A stretch of 64,000 nt of DNA from Camelus ferus (lineage: Eukaryota), in NCBI RefSeq assembly GCF_009834535.1, contig NC_045697.1:41356001-41420000 (forward strand), written 5' to 3'. Under the pieces are notes generated by a model. The model searched no databases, was not told the origin of the DNA, and was given only the letters and a program-made list of their open reading frames with translations. Positions 27,660 to 40,283 of this stretch are shown here, piece after piece. Every line of letters begins with the position of its first letter. Position 1 is the stretch's first letter. The position numbers and the translations under genes are program-made.

Positions 27660-30225
27660 AAAGCACTTGGCAATTGATACCTATGTCATCTATCAGATTG
27701 GCTTTGCTACCATGTTTTTACTTTTTTAAGTGGTTGCCCTAGAATTGACAATATACATTTACAACTAATCCAAGTACATTTTCAACTAACACTGTACCGC
27801 TTCATGGGTACTGCAAGTACTTTATAATAACCAAGCATGATGGTTTATTTTGTGTCAGCTTAATTGGCTGAGAGGTGCCTAGATGAAACATTTTTTTCTG
27901 AGTGTGTCATTGAGGGTGTTCTGGATGAGATTAACATTTGAATTGGTGGCTTAATAAAGTAATTGCCCTACCTAATATGAGTGAGCATCATTCAATCCAA
28001 TGAGGGCTTGAACTGAACAAAAGGCAGAGGAAGGAAGAACTCATCCCTTTGTTCCTGCCTCATTAATTGAGCTAGGACAACTCATCTTATTTTCTTCTTC
28101 CTCTGACCGGAATTTACACAAGCAGCTGCCCTAATTCCCAGGCCTTAAGGACTCACTGAATTGCACCACTGGTTCTCCTGGGTCTCCAGCTTATAGATAG
28201 CAGATCTTGGAATTTCTCAATTTCTCTGGAGGACCCTGACTAATTCCTCCCTCTCATTCCTTGTATCATTGGTGTCATTCATTTCACTTATATATAAGCA
28301 ATAATCATCAAATATATTGTTGCTATTATTATTTTGAACAAACTGTTATATGTTAGATCAACTCAGAATAAGAAAAAAAGTTTTATTTACCTTCACATAT
28401 TCCTTCTCTCTCATCTTCTTCCTTTTTTTATGTTGATCTGAGTTTCTGACCTTATATTATTTTCCGTCTCTCTGAAGGACTTCTTTTAACATTTCTTGCA
28501 AAGCTGGCCTGCTGGCTATGGATTCCCTTAATTTTTGTTTGCCTGAGAAGTCTTCATTTTTCCTTTACTTTTGAGGGATAATTCCAGAAGATACAGAGTT
28601 CTATTTTGGTGTCTTTTTTTTTTTTCTCTGAATACTTAAAATACTTCACCTCACTCTCTTCTTGCTTGCATGGGTTCTGAAGAGAAATCAGATATAATTT
28701 TTATCTTTGCTCCTCCTTAGTTGAGATGTTTTTTCCTCTGGCTTTTTTCAAGGTTTTTTCTTTTCTTTTCTTTTTAATTGAGATTAATTGGCATACAATA
28801 AGATTTTTTTCTTTATCTTTGATTATCTTCAGTTTGAATGTGACATACCTAGGTATAGTGGGATTTTTTTTTTTTTTGGCATTTATCTTGCTTGGTGTTT
28901 TTGAGCTTCTTGGATCTGTGTTATGGTGTCAGACATTAATTTGGTCAAATCCTCTGTCATTACTGCTTCAGATGTTGTTTTTGTTCCTCTCTCTTTGTTC
29001 TCCTTCTGGTATTTTGTTATGTTACACCTTTTGTAGTTGTCTTACAGTTTTTGGATATTCTGTTCTGTTGTTTTCAGTCTTTTTATTTTTGCTTTTCAGT
29101 TTCTATTGGCATATCCTCAAGTGCAGAGGTTCTTTCTTTGGCAGTGTCTAATCTGCTAATGAGCCCATCAAAGACATTCTTCATTTCTGTTACGGTGTTT
29201 TTGATCTCTAGCACTTCTTTTTGATACTTTCTTAGAATTTCTATCTCTCTGCTTATATTGCCTGCCCATCTGTTCTTGCATGTTGTGTACTTTTCCCATT
29301 AGAAGTCTAAGCATATTAATCACAGTTGTTTTAAATTCATGGTATGATAATTCTGATTTTCCTGCCATATCTGAATCTGGTTCCGATGCTTATTTATTCT
29401 CTTCAAACAGTGTTTTTTTGGCCTTTTAGTATGCCTTGTGTTTTTTTATTAAAAGGCAGACATGATGTTCTGGGTAAAAAGAATTTCTGTAAATAGTCCT
29501 TTAGCGGTGTGGTGATAAGGTGTTGGGAGAGGGGAAGTGTTCTGTAGTCCTATGATTTGATCTCAGTGATTTAGTGAGTCTGCACCCCTGCTCTCTGAAC
29601 TTCACAAGTGCTTCTCAGTGTTTTTTCCCCTGCCTTATGGGAGACAGGATGGCTTGAAAGGGGCTGGAGTTGGGTTTGAATGGCTGGAGTTCCTTTCCCG
29701 CAAGTAGATTAGGCCCCCAGTAGTTTAGGGTCTTGTAAAATAGTTTCTTGAAGGTAAACTTTGTTAGGAACAGAATGCTCTAGTGATTTTTAAGTGATTA
29801 CTTTTCTCTCCCCTACAAGAAGCACAAGAGAGTTTTTCCTCCAGTCTTCACTGTGAGAACTTGGTAGAAGTCCTGACGGTAAAACTCACAAAAGTGTGGG
29901 GTTTCCCTAAGAGGAGCATCCTCCACCCCAGAATTTTTAACTCTTCGACTTGTCCACATTGAGTCTCCAGCAATTCATCAATTACAATTTAGGTTTTCCT
30001 ACCCCAGCACTGATTCTCATGGAGGTTTCTGCTCATGGATTTCTGCACTGGTAAATTATAATTCTCTATATGCATTTCTCCAATTTTGGGGGTAGCAGTT
30101 TGCTCTGTGACCTCTCTTCTTTGATGGATCTCAGTAGAGTTGTTGATTTTTCAAATTTTTACTTATTGTTAGGGTGGACTGCCAACTTCCAAGCTCCTTG
30201 GAAGGACTGACTGAAAACAGGAAGT
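27660..30225 (-). mobile_element. Old L1 5' region and ORF1 (L1MC/MD-like)
   Basis: ORF 29168..29368 ELSYHEFKTTVINMLRLLMGKVHNMQEQMG resembles the ORF1p coiled coil; 5' end on the reverse strand reads gacttcctgttttcag...aggagcttggaagtt. Confidence 0.8.
27838..28243 (+). mobile_element. MLT2 (ERVL) LTR nested in the L1
   Basis: tgatggtttattttgtgtcagctt...ggatgagattaacatttgaattgg...caaaaggcagaggaagg...ctctggaggaccctgactaa. Confidence 0.88.
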
Positions 30226-32624
30226 CTGCTCAGGGACATTGTTTTTAGTATTAAAACATTTGAAACATCCTAAATATCTGTCGTTAGGAGAAGAAATAAT
30301 TAGATTGTGGTATATTCGTATAACCGACTGCTGTAAGTTAAATTAATGCATTGGATTTATATGATTTAAAGTGGCCATATCACAAAAACATAGAGTAAAA
30401 AAAGCAAATGCAAAATAATACACAGAAAACAATGCTATACATCATTTATGAATACATATGTGTTTAATGAAAGTACAATAATATAACAGAAAGGTACATT
30501 TCTTTAGGATAGTGATTTCTTCTGGGGTATAATGAAGAATAGAGTCACTGAGGAATAGAACAGGGATTTCAGTTATGTGTATAATATTTCATTTCTAAAA
30601 AGAACAAAAGATTTAAAGCAAACGAAACAAAGGATTAACATCTTGTAATTATGTGTGACCTTAGGAAAGCTAATTAACCTCCAAGCACTTTAGTTTTCTT
30701 TCTTTGACAAAGAGGCAGTTGTGAGGGTTAAACTGACGTATGTATGTTTCTAATACATTATAAATTATAATAAAAATGTAAAGAAAAGTTACTAGGAAAG
30801 AAGATTGAAATATTTTAAGAATTTAGATGAACTTAAAAAATGATATTATGTGGTTTGTTATTGTAACAAGTTCTATCATATTCAACTCAAATTAGAACAA
30901 ATGTCTCTGTTAGCACTCCTTACTCTAGCTGTCATTTTATTTGAAAAATGCCACTAATGCTTCTGCTGATCAAGGGTAAAATGGAAAAACAAAGCATTAG
31001 TTTTATTTGTTCTGGAGGAGTCAGGGACTGACTTGATTTCCATCTTCGTTTCCCGGGGAATGTGACAATTTTTGCTAAACTTGTTTGATTTCTGTCTCCA
31101 TATTTCAATAACTCACAAGGAGACCTCCTTTTGTGTCCCTAGAATGAAATAAAAATATTTTCAAGCTCCTAGTGGAGTTTGTTACTGGTCTATTTATTAA
31201 CAAAATACGAGAAAGCTGCAGGAGAGTCTTCAATGGGGGCAGCAGAGGGAATCAGAATCCTCCCTGAATATGCTGCTTGTATGTTTTCTTCTTTGTCTTC
31301 TAGTGTGGATGATGTCTCTGAGCTGATTGGCATCTTGGCCCATGTTTTCTAAATCACTCCAGCTTCATGGCATATCAGATTACTGTGACTTTGATTGAGA
31401 TTGCTTTGAAAAGTACAGTGTTTTTGAATGACTTGGAAACTACCTTCTGTTTAGGAAAATGCTTGTACTCTGGGTGTCAGTAAGGCTGAGATTATTAGAA
31501 AAAGATAAAGGAAATAAAGTCCTCTGGGAACCAACTTTCTAGCTTTAAGTGAGAAGAAATCTACACAACCATATGAGCTATGAAAGCCACTGTTTGAAGC
31601 CCGAAATTTCTATTGTGAAATATCTTGTCTTTGGGACACATGCTTTGTGGCTAAAAGGTTCATATGGTTTCTGTAACTATGTAACACAAAAGTAGGTCTC
31701 CTTGACCCAAACTGAGAGAAACTGTTGAAGTGTGAGTTCCTCTGTGAACTCAATGCTTGTAGCAAAATGAGAATAAAGATATTTTTAGCAATTCCGGTGC
31801 CAGCTTTGAGATGAATCAGAACATTGCCCTCCAGGTCCAATATTTCTATGACTAAGTGAAAAAGGCTAGGGAATCCCAGGTTTACTTTGAAGAATATACA
31901 GACGGGTACTCACACTTTTATGCCATATGCATGCAGATATGCACACACAAATATACCCTATCTCCTTTTCCTTCATAGGAATGAGGTTTTCTCTGTAGAA
32001 ATGAAACATACTCAACTAAATAGAATAGTTTAATATTTAATATGAATCTGCCTCCTTTAATAAGTATACCAAACACATTTAAACTTTTTCTTGATGATTC
32101 ATCCATCACTATTAATAATTAAATATGTTTTTATTTCTCTGTAATGCTTTGCTTTTATTCCCTCTCCCTTCCCCATTACTAAAGAAATACTCATTAACAG
32201 AAAATCAGAAATATAAAGAGGAAAACATCAATTATTACACTTACCCAGAGATAACCAGTGCTAACTCTTTGTGTAAGTATTTTCAAATGCACACTCATAG
32301 ACACATACTAAGATAGGAGCATAAAATCGTATCTTTTATGATCTGTCTTTTTCTCACAGTGATTTATCAGGAATACTTTTTTTAATATCAAAACCCATAC
32401 CTGAAACATCATTTTAAATTACCACATGATACTCCATTGTGTCAGCATGTATTTTATTGCAACAATTTCATATTGTCAAACAGTTAGATTATGTTCAACA
32501 TTCTTATATCACAGACAACACTGTATTAAATGTATGTGTGTTTGTATGTGTATGTGTACAAATATGTATCTTTATGTATATTCTTAATTATTTCCGCATA
32601 ATAAATTATCAGGTGTGGAATTTA

Positions 32625-34225
32625 TATTTCAGAGAACACACACATTCCTTCAGGAATAGGAGTTGTTTCTCTGAAATGGTGCCAGGTTTTTCAGCCTTTA
32701 GCCTAGTCCTTTGAAAGAGCTTTCTTCTGGAGTCTGGCTTAAAAAACAAAAACAAAAACAAAAACAAAAACAGAAATCTTTCAGCCTGCCTCCTCCAGGA
32801 TTAAGCCGTCTCCTTAAGGCTGAGTGGGATTGGCTTGTAAGCTATTTGAATTGAGCTGTTGTGCTGTAAATTGTTTGAGCTTTTGAAAATTGTGCTTTAC
32901 TCTAGAGGAAAGACCTCTAGGAAATGGGAGTCCAGTTATCTAGGTGTTTTGAGGGCACTCCTACCCCCAGAACGACTCTGGTCAATTTTACGTGTGAAAT
33001 TCTTGCCCCTTCCTCAATGTGCATTTTTAACTAAATGGACCATTCAAGTTCTGACAAATGGATTTCATACAACTTCCTTCGTCTAATGGGTATTAATATG
33101 TTTTAGTCATAGTTTGTACGTTTCCACACTGGACTGAAGCCTTCCCTTGCAAACAGGCTGCTACTGCTGCTTCTCTGGCTAAAGTCCTTTTGGGAAAGAT
33201 TACCCCTACCTGGACAGCTCCTTTCAGTCTTCGTAGTAGTTGAGGAACCCATTTTACTAGCCCAGTGTTTTAACAAGTCTGTGCTGTAGGGCTTGTTTTA
33301 CAGCACTTTCACTGTACTTACCACCCTGAAACATCTGGTTTAGTCACATGCACTAATGGCATTTTTAAGACTCAACTGGCAAAATTAGAAGAAGCCTTGC
33401 AAATAATGTGACCAAAGGCATTGCCACTTGTTCCTCTAATTCTCAGAGCCCCTGCTTTTGGAACTCATAGCTCTCATCCTTTAAGATAGTCACCAGCTGC
33501 CCAGTGTACTTGATTCCTCCTTCTTTTGACTCACAACTGATAAAAGGAGAGATACTCCAATATTGCAAGGCCGAATTGCTTCTATTAAAAATAACCATGT
33601 TAGGTAGAACAATCTTTTCACAGTGTGCTCTTGGAAGATAAAGACCTTAAGCATCACAGTGTGCAACCTGGAGATTTCATCTATTGGAAAAGATACCTCC
33701 AGAAGAACTCTCTTCAGCCTCACTGGAAAGGCCCTATCAAGTACTACTAACCAAGCTTTGTGCTACCAAACTCCAAGGAACAGACTCCTGGATCCATGTG
33801 ACACATCTAAAGAAGATGTCAAATTCTGACCTGCATATCATCTGATAACCTGAAAATAAAGATTTCCTGGGATTGATGTAGACAATAGCTGATGAGACAA
33901 CATTTCCAAGACATTCTGACCAGATCTGTTGGAAATTTGTCGCCAAACCTTTGATGATGATGTAATGCTTCAGATGATCTCCAATGTCTATGATCTTGAT
34001 AATATTTGTACTTTGGATAAATAGTGTCTGAGAGTTCTCCCTCCTACCTCTCATTGTTACTTATGTGACCATAATAGGTTTCCAGTTTGTGCACTTTCCA
34101 TCCAATATGAGACATAACACCTAAGAAAAATTTCCTAATATTGAAGGAAAAAGCTGCTGAAACTAAAACCCCTGAGTCTTGATCATCAGTGTTTTCAGAG
34201 AAAGATCTTGGTCAAAAGGGGAAAA
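32625..34225 (+). mobile_element. ERV1 internal remnant: leader, gag N-terminus, integrase, no env, polypurine tract
   Basis: From ~33037 it reads GPFKF*QMDFIQLPSSNGY*YVLVIVCTFPHWTEAFPC...GTHFT...YHPETSGLV...; C-terminal QPGDFIYWK...WKGP/YQVLLT...SWIHVTHLKK; PPT aaaaggggaaaa at 34214-34225; multiple stops. Confidence 0.9.
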
Positions 34226-34546
34226 TGTAAAAATTAATTAAAAAGAGTTAGGGAACCAGAAGAGGGAGTACTCATGCTCTGTGATGATAGCAGAGCTCAA
34301 CAGGAAAAGGAAAGACTCTTCTTTCCTGGCAAGGACTTAGCCAGTGAAAAACCATGGATGCTTTGTTTACGATAGCCCCCCGCCCCACTTTCTTTTCTTC
34401 TCTGTAAAAACGTTCTCCTTCCTTTGCAGTGCAGGGACTTGCATGTGGCTCATCATGGTTGCAGACCCCAAACTGCAATTCTCTGCTGATTCCAAATAAA
34501 CCCATCTTTGCTGAGGAAGCATCTGGCAGTCTGTTTCAGCTCAACA
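34226..34546 (+). mobile_element. ERV1 3' LTR (321 bp)
   Basis: Starts tgtaaaaa directly after the PPT, AATAAA near 34495, ends tcaaca. Confidence 0.88.
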
Positions 34547-34699
34547 ATTTGTATTTTAAAGAGAGATGAGGAGATTTCCCTTAAAGGTTTTGTTTTTATT
34601 CTCATATAAAGAGAAACGTCTGAAACTCAGAAAATGTTTGGACATAGAAATTTTGGGGCTAGAAGGAATATCTTTTCCCATGGATTAAAATATACAGTT

Positions 34700-35615
34700 C
34701 TTGAAAAGATTTAAGCAGACTTTCACCAAAGAAATGTGAATAGCAACTAAAGATATGAACAGGTGCTCCACATTATTAGTCACCTGGAAAATATAAATTA
34801 AATCCAAGTTGAGATAGTACTACACACCTGTTAGAATTGCTAAAAACAAAAAATAGGACTTAAGCAGGCATTCACAAAAGATATGTGAATAGCAACTAAA
34901 GAAATGAGCAGGTGCTCCACATCATTAGTCACCTGGGGAATATAAATTAAGTCCAAGATGAGATAGTACTATACGCCTATGAGAATTGCTGAAACAAAAA
35001 ATAAAAAACAAAAAAGCCCAACGAACACCGAGAGATGATAAGAATGTGGACTAACATTGCAGATGCAGTGAAGATGAAATGCAAATGCAAAAATGGTACA
35101 GCCATTTGGAAAACTGACAGTTCCTTTAACATTAAACATACATTTACCACATGACCCTGCAATTCTACCTCTACCTATTTACCAAGATTGAAAAAAAAAA
35201 TTCTGTCTATCCAAAAACATATATGCAAATACTTACTGCTCAGAAATAAAAAAGATGAAAAAAGAAATTAAAAAATGAATATTGATTTATGTAGGAACAT
35301 GAATTCATTTCAAATGTATTAAGAACTCAACAGGCTGCATAATATCTGATTTTACTTACAGTCTAGAAAAAAAATTGTGGAGACAGAAAACAGATCAGTT
35401 GTTGCCAAGGCCTTGGGATAGGGTGAGAGGGTCACCTTAAAATTGTACCATGAGGGAATTTTTAGGGTGACGGAACTGATAAATTTCTTAATAGTGGTTG
35501 TGGCTATAGGACAGTATGTATTTGGCAAAGCTCATAGAACTGTCCCTAAAAAAGAGTTAATTTTACCGTATGCAAATTTAAAACATGAATAAAAATTTAG
35601 AAGTTAATAAAATTC
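34700..35615 (+). mobile_element. Old L1 3' region containing a 149-bp tandem duplication
   Basis: aatggtacagccatttggaaaac...cagatcagttgttgccaagg...ctcatagaactg L1M 3' motifs. Confidence 0.75.
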
Positions 35616-35654
35616 TATTTTAATAAGAAAAAGAAAATGCCATACCAAAGTGTC

Positions 35655-36038
35655 TGTAGTGGCCATATGAATATGCATTGCATACTTCCAGCACAAAGAG
35701 CTTGATTGACCAAAGGGCCAGCTTCTGTGCTTGCAATTCTTTGCTGCATTTGCCAGTGACTGAGCATGGCTGGGATACTAAGGGAGGCCCATTCCTGAGG
35801 GTCATGGGTCTCCCCGATGGCCTTGTTGAAACTTCCTTATGCTATACCAGAGTGTAAGACACTTCCACCTAACCTCCTTTCCTTCTTCACTCAAGTCAGA
35901 CTTGCATGGTGGTTATGGTTCTCCCAGCCTCACTGGCTCTCTTCTCAGTTTCTCCCACACAAGCATTTCCCTAAATAAAATCCTTGCATGTTTAATCTTG
36001 TCTTGGCAGCTGCTTGTTGTAGGCCTTGAACCAACACA
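35655..36038 (+). mobile_element. ERVL LTR (LTR16-like)
   Basis: tgtagtggcc...aataaaatccttgcatgtttaatcttgtcttggcagctgctt...accaacaca. Confidence 0.7.
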
Positions 36039-36119
36039 GCCTCCAATTTTATGCTCTATAATATGATCACCACAGAGATAAAATGTATAATCACTTTTTT
36101 TTTATTACTTTTACCTAAT

Positions 36120-36835
36120 CATCTTTTTAATAAACAGTTTATTGAATACAGTATACATGAAGACATACAAAATGTAAGCATACAGCTCTATAAATTTTTG
36201 CAAAGTGAAAATATCACCTAGATCAAGAATAGTAACATTACTAGTAATTCAGAAGCAAATTTCTCTCCATGCCCCACAAGCTTATGTCCTCTTCAAGTGA
36301 CTGATTCCATCTCAAATACAATTAGTGGCCTGAATTCCTACCACTATAGATCTGTCCTGCCTATTGTTGAATTTTAAATAAGTGGCATCACTAAATATAC
36401 TTTTATTTTGATCTGGCTCCTTTCAATTATGATTATGCTTGTGAGGATCATTCATGACGGTACATACAGCATCAGTTTATTCCTTTTCATTGTTGTGAAA
36501 TATTTCGCTAAATGAATATATACCACAATTAATTTATTGTATCAATAGAAAAGTCCATTCTACTATTGATGGACATCAGTGTTTTTTCACTTTTGTACTC
36601 TTACAAATAATGTCATTATGAACATAACTTGGACATGTGTTCTGGTGCAAATATATGTGCATTCCTATTTGGTATATCACTAGGAGTAGAATTGTGATCA
36701 TAGATTATGTATATGATCAGAGTAAGAAGATATTACCAAACAATTATGTATTATATATTATATGGTTATACTTCTATCAGCGGTATATAAGCATTTCATT
36801 TCTTCTACAATCTCATCATCATCATCAATGTTTGA
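36120..36835 (-). mobile_element. Old L1 3' end (L1ME/MB-like)
   Basis: cagtttattgaatacag...tgaatatataccacaatt...ccattctactattgatggacat...ggtatatcactaggagtagaattg. Confidence 0.8.
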
Positions 36836-36839
36836 TATA

Positions 36840-37660
36840 AAATTGACAAGGACATAACAGTAAAGGAAAATTACAGGCCAATTTCTCTCATAGACAAAGA
36901 TGCAAAAAATCTTAGATAAACTAGCAAACAGAATCTAGGAATCTAAAAAAAGATAATACATCACAATTTACCTTGATTTATTCCTGAAATGCAAAGGGAG
37001 TTTAGTATCTGAAATATCAATTGATGTGTTTCTCCACGATATCAGAATAAAAGAGAAAAGTCACATAATTGTCTAAGTAAAAGGGAAAAAGCATTTGATA
37101 ATATTTAACACCCAACCATGGTTTAAAAAAACTCTTGGCAAACTGAAGTGAGGGGAACTTCACTAATTTAATAAAGAATATATATTATGAAGAATATATA
37201 TGTGTGTGGCCTAGTTGTTGTAGACTAAATTTTGTGTCCCCCACCAAATTCATATGTTAATATATATATATATATGAAGATTGTGGCAAACACCATTTGT
37301 AATGGTGAGATATTGAAAGCTTTCCCCCTGACATAAAGAAGGAGACAAGGAGATGTTCTCTATTATCATTTTTACTTAACTTTTTTAGTGTGAAGGTCTA
37401 GTCAGAGAATAAGGCAGGAAAAAAATGGTGTAAGTATTGGGAAGAAAGAAATAAAATAGTCATTATGCACAGATGTCATGACTGGATGCATAAGAAACCC
37501 AGAAGACTACAGATACATTTTAGAATTAATAAGTGAATTTAGCTAGGTTGTTAGATACAAAGTCAGTTTATAAAACTAAATTTTATTTCTACGTATCAGG
37601 AACAAAACAGTTGGAAAATGAAATTTTAAGGAAAGTACAATTCAACATAACATCAGAAAT
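36840..37660 (+). mobile_element. Old L1 ORF2 reverse-transcriptase fragment
   Basis: aaggaaaattacaggccaatttctctc = KENYRPISL; gaaaaagcatttgat = EKAFD; ttatgcacagatgtcatg is a degenerate (L)FADDM. Confidence 0.85.
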
Positions 37661-38744
37661 GGCTTCATCAGTGCTTATGCTAAATGACAATACACTGCTA
37701 TGCTTTTGGTGTCCTCTTATCAGAGTTTTCATAGTTTTCCAATCTCTCGACTCAGTGGATTGTTAGCTACCATTTCTGTTGCTCTCACTATGCTTATTTC
37801 TAACTGCAACTTCTCTTAGTAATTTTATGCCCTAAGTGTGCTATGATTGGAAAAATCAATAAAATTGTATAATGGGTAAAAACTATTTTAATAAAACTGA
37901 AAGCATTTGAGCACCCAGACTTTGCGACTTTTATTTTGGCCATCTAGGCCATGTCAGGGCCTTTTATACTTATATCCAAGATCTGATTTTGCTCAAAGTG
38001 ACTGAGATTGCCAAAAGTGCAAACTCCAGGGAAGAATGCTGTAATTCTGTGTCTGTCTCTCTTTAGATGATAGAAGAGACTAATGAACTCCCCAGCTCCT
38101 TACTTGAATAGGACATTTCTTCAAGTTTTCCAAGAGATTATTTCATCTTGAAAGGTAAAGAAAAAGGAAAGTTGATTTTAGCTTCTGTACAGAAATTTTA
38201 AGCAAGATATTTTATCTCCCTTAGGAAAAAAATTTGGTTTAAATCTTGTCACTAAGTTTGGTATTAGATACTGACTCTGATGTGATGTAAAATCACATCA
38301 CTCTTAGGTAATGTTGTGCTGACTTTAAGAAGACTTTGTTTCTAATACTAGTTGAATTTGGCTCAGCTTAGTAAGTAAAATTATAGCCAAATAGATACTA
38401 TTAACCAAATAAGCCAATAATTATCAGGACCTGACCCCAAAAATTGGGCTTTAGAAAGATGTAATCCAATAAGCATTGAATCTCTGTAGCTAATCTAACA
38501 GATGGAGCAAAAGGAACTAGCGAAGAGCTAGGCTTTTCTGGTTGACAGGAGCTGGTGGGACTACATTATTAAATATCTGTGCTCTAGTCATAGCCTGTGG
38601 GTACAGAGCTGGCATTACAGATAGTTTCTACTCTATTTAAGAAATACTAGTAGTAGCTCCCTAAATTGATTTCATTGCTCATTAATATGTCATGAACTTC
38701 AATTGGAAAAGCACTAATTTAGATGACACCAAGATTCCATCTTT

Positions 38745-38962
38745 AAAAAAATATATATACATATATTTATTGAAGTATAGGCAGTTTACAATGTTGTGTC
38801 AATTTCTGGTGTCCAGCACAATGCTTCAGTCATACATGAACATACATATATTTATTTTCATATTCTTTTTCACCATAAGTTACTACAAGGTATTGAATAT
38901 CGTTCCACTGTGCTATACAGTAGGACCTTGTTGTTTATCTATTTTATATATAGTAGTTAGTA
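38745..38962 (-). mobile_element. 5'-truncated young L1 3' tail
   Basis: tttattgaagtataggcagtttacaatgttgtgtcaatttctggtg...cagtaggaccttgttgtttatct. Confidence 0.85.
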
Positions 38963-39197
38963 TCTTATTAGTCTATTTCTACTTTTAAAGTGATTCATGT
39001 AAAAAATGGTAAATTTTATTGTAACATATGGGTAGGCTAGAGGAGAGTCTAATAAAATAACCCAGAAACAAATGTAAGAACCCAAACCTGATCCAGAATT
39101 TCTGCATTTGTGAGGCAGGACTGAAAACCTTTTCCCTACACCATTATTATGAGGATAAATAACATAGTGAATATGTGTAAAATAGCTGCGTAGAGCC

Positions 39198-40112
39198 TAT
39201 GGTGAATGGTTGTTTGCAAAGATACTGATCAGATTCTTCCCCTACCTTCTTGCAAAGATAGCTGAACAGTCTTCTTTCCCCGCTGTAATAGGGCTTGCCA
39301 TTTCTTCTAAGAGATATAGTCCATTCTCCTAATCTTTCCAACTCCTGCTGGAGTCTGGGCTGGCTTTTAAGCTTTGCCTAATGAAAGGTGAAGTGATGCT
39401 GTGGTCTTCTGTGCTTTGGCAACAAGAAGCTGTGAGCTTTCATTCTTATCTTTTTGAAACTCTTTGACTAACATGTGAAGGCTTTTTGAGAATGAGAGAC
39501 CAGGTATAGAGACCCAGTAGTCCATACCAATCACCAGACATGAGAAAAGCCACATTAGCCCACCCAGCCCAGTTGTTGTAGACTAAATTTTGTGTCCCCC
39601 ACCAAATTCATATGTTAAATCCTAATACTCAATATAATGGTATTTGGAGGTGGGGCCTTTAGGAGGATATTAGGTCATGAGGGTGGAACCCTCATGAATG
39701 AGATTGGTGCCCTTTTAAAGAGGCTCCAGAGAGATCCTTTGCCTCTTCTGCTGTGTGAGTACACAGTGAGAGGATAGCTCATCCAGGAATGGGGAAGCAA
39801 GCTCTCACCAGACACCACATCTGCAGGTGTCCCGTTCTTAGACTTCCAGCCTCCAGAACTATGAGAAACGCATGTTGTTCAACTCACCCAGCCTATGATA
39901 TTTTGGTATAGCAACCCAAATAAACTGACACCAGTCGAGCCTACCTATTCCTGTAGCCATAGAGTAATTCCATTTGAGACCAGCAGAAGAACCACCTATC
40001 TCAACCCAGCACAAACTGTTGGTCCACTAAATCATAAACAAAAAAAAAGTTGGGTGTTATTTTAAGTTACTCTGATTTGAAGTAGTTTATTACACAGGTT
40101 GGATAAATGATA
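39198..40112 (+). mobile_element. Old MaLR LTR (MLT1G/H-like), host of a nested MLT1A
   Basis: gtttgcaaagat...ggagtctgggctggc...gagaccagcagaagaaccacc...ttttaagttactctgatttgaagtagtttattacacag. Confidence 0.7.
39574..39930 (+). mobile_element. MLT1A-like MaLR solo LTR, 5-bp TSD CCAGT
   Basis: TG...CA termini; ccagt at 39569-39573 and 39931-39935; gtgtcccccaccaaattcatatgtt...ggaggtggggccttt...gacttccagcctccagaact. Confidence 0.92.
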
Positions 40113-40149
40113 GATTTGTCATGAGTGAAGGAAAAATATTTAGTTTTCA

Positions 40150-40283
40150 GGAGAGGATATAGCTCAGTGTTAGAATGCATGCTTAGGATGTATGAGGTCC
40201 TGGGTTCAATCTCCAGTACCTCCATTAAAAGAATAAGTAAATACATAAATAAACCTAATTAACACCCCCCAAAAAGCAAAAAA
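40150..40283 (+). mobile_element. tRNA-derived SINE (camelid vic-1-like)
   Basis: ggagaggatatagctcagtgttag (A box)...ctgggttcaatctcc (B box)...aataaacctaatt, A-rich tail; degenerate TSD. Confidence 0.9.

Noticed and set aside
33037..33815. ERV integrase as a domesticated gene
   Set aside because: Multiple in-frame stops and frameshifts; the second Asp and the Glu of the DDE triad are lost.
40150..40225. tRNA-like sequence with A and B boxes (also at 9.9, 16.0 and 62.4 kb)
   Set aside because: Followed by SINE body and A-rich tail, with TSDs at some copies and no intact cloverleaf; these are SINEs, not tRNA genes.
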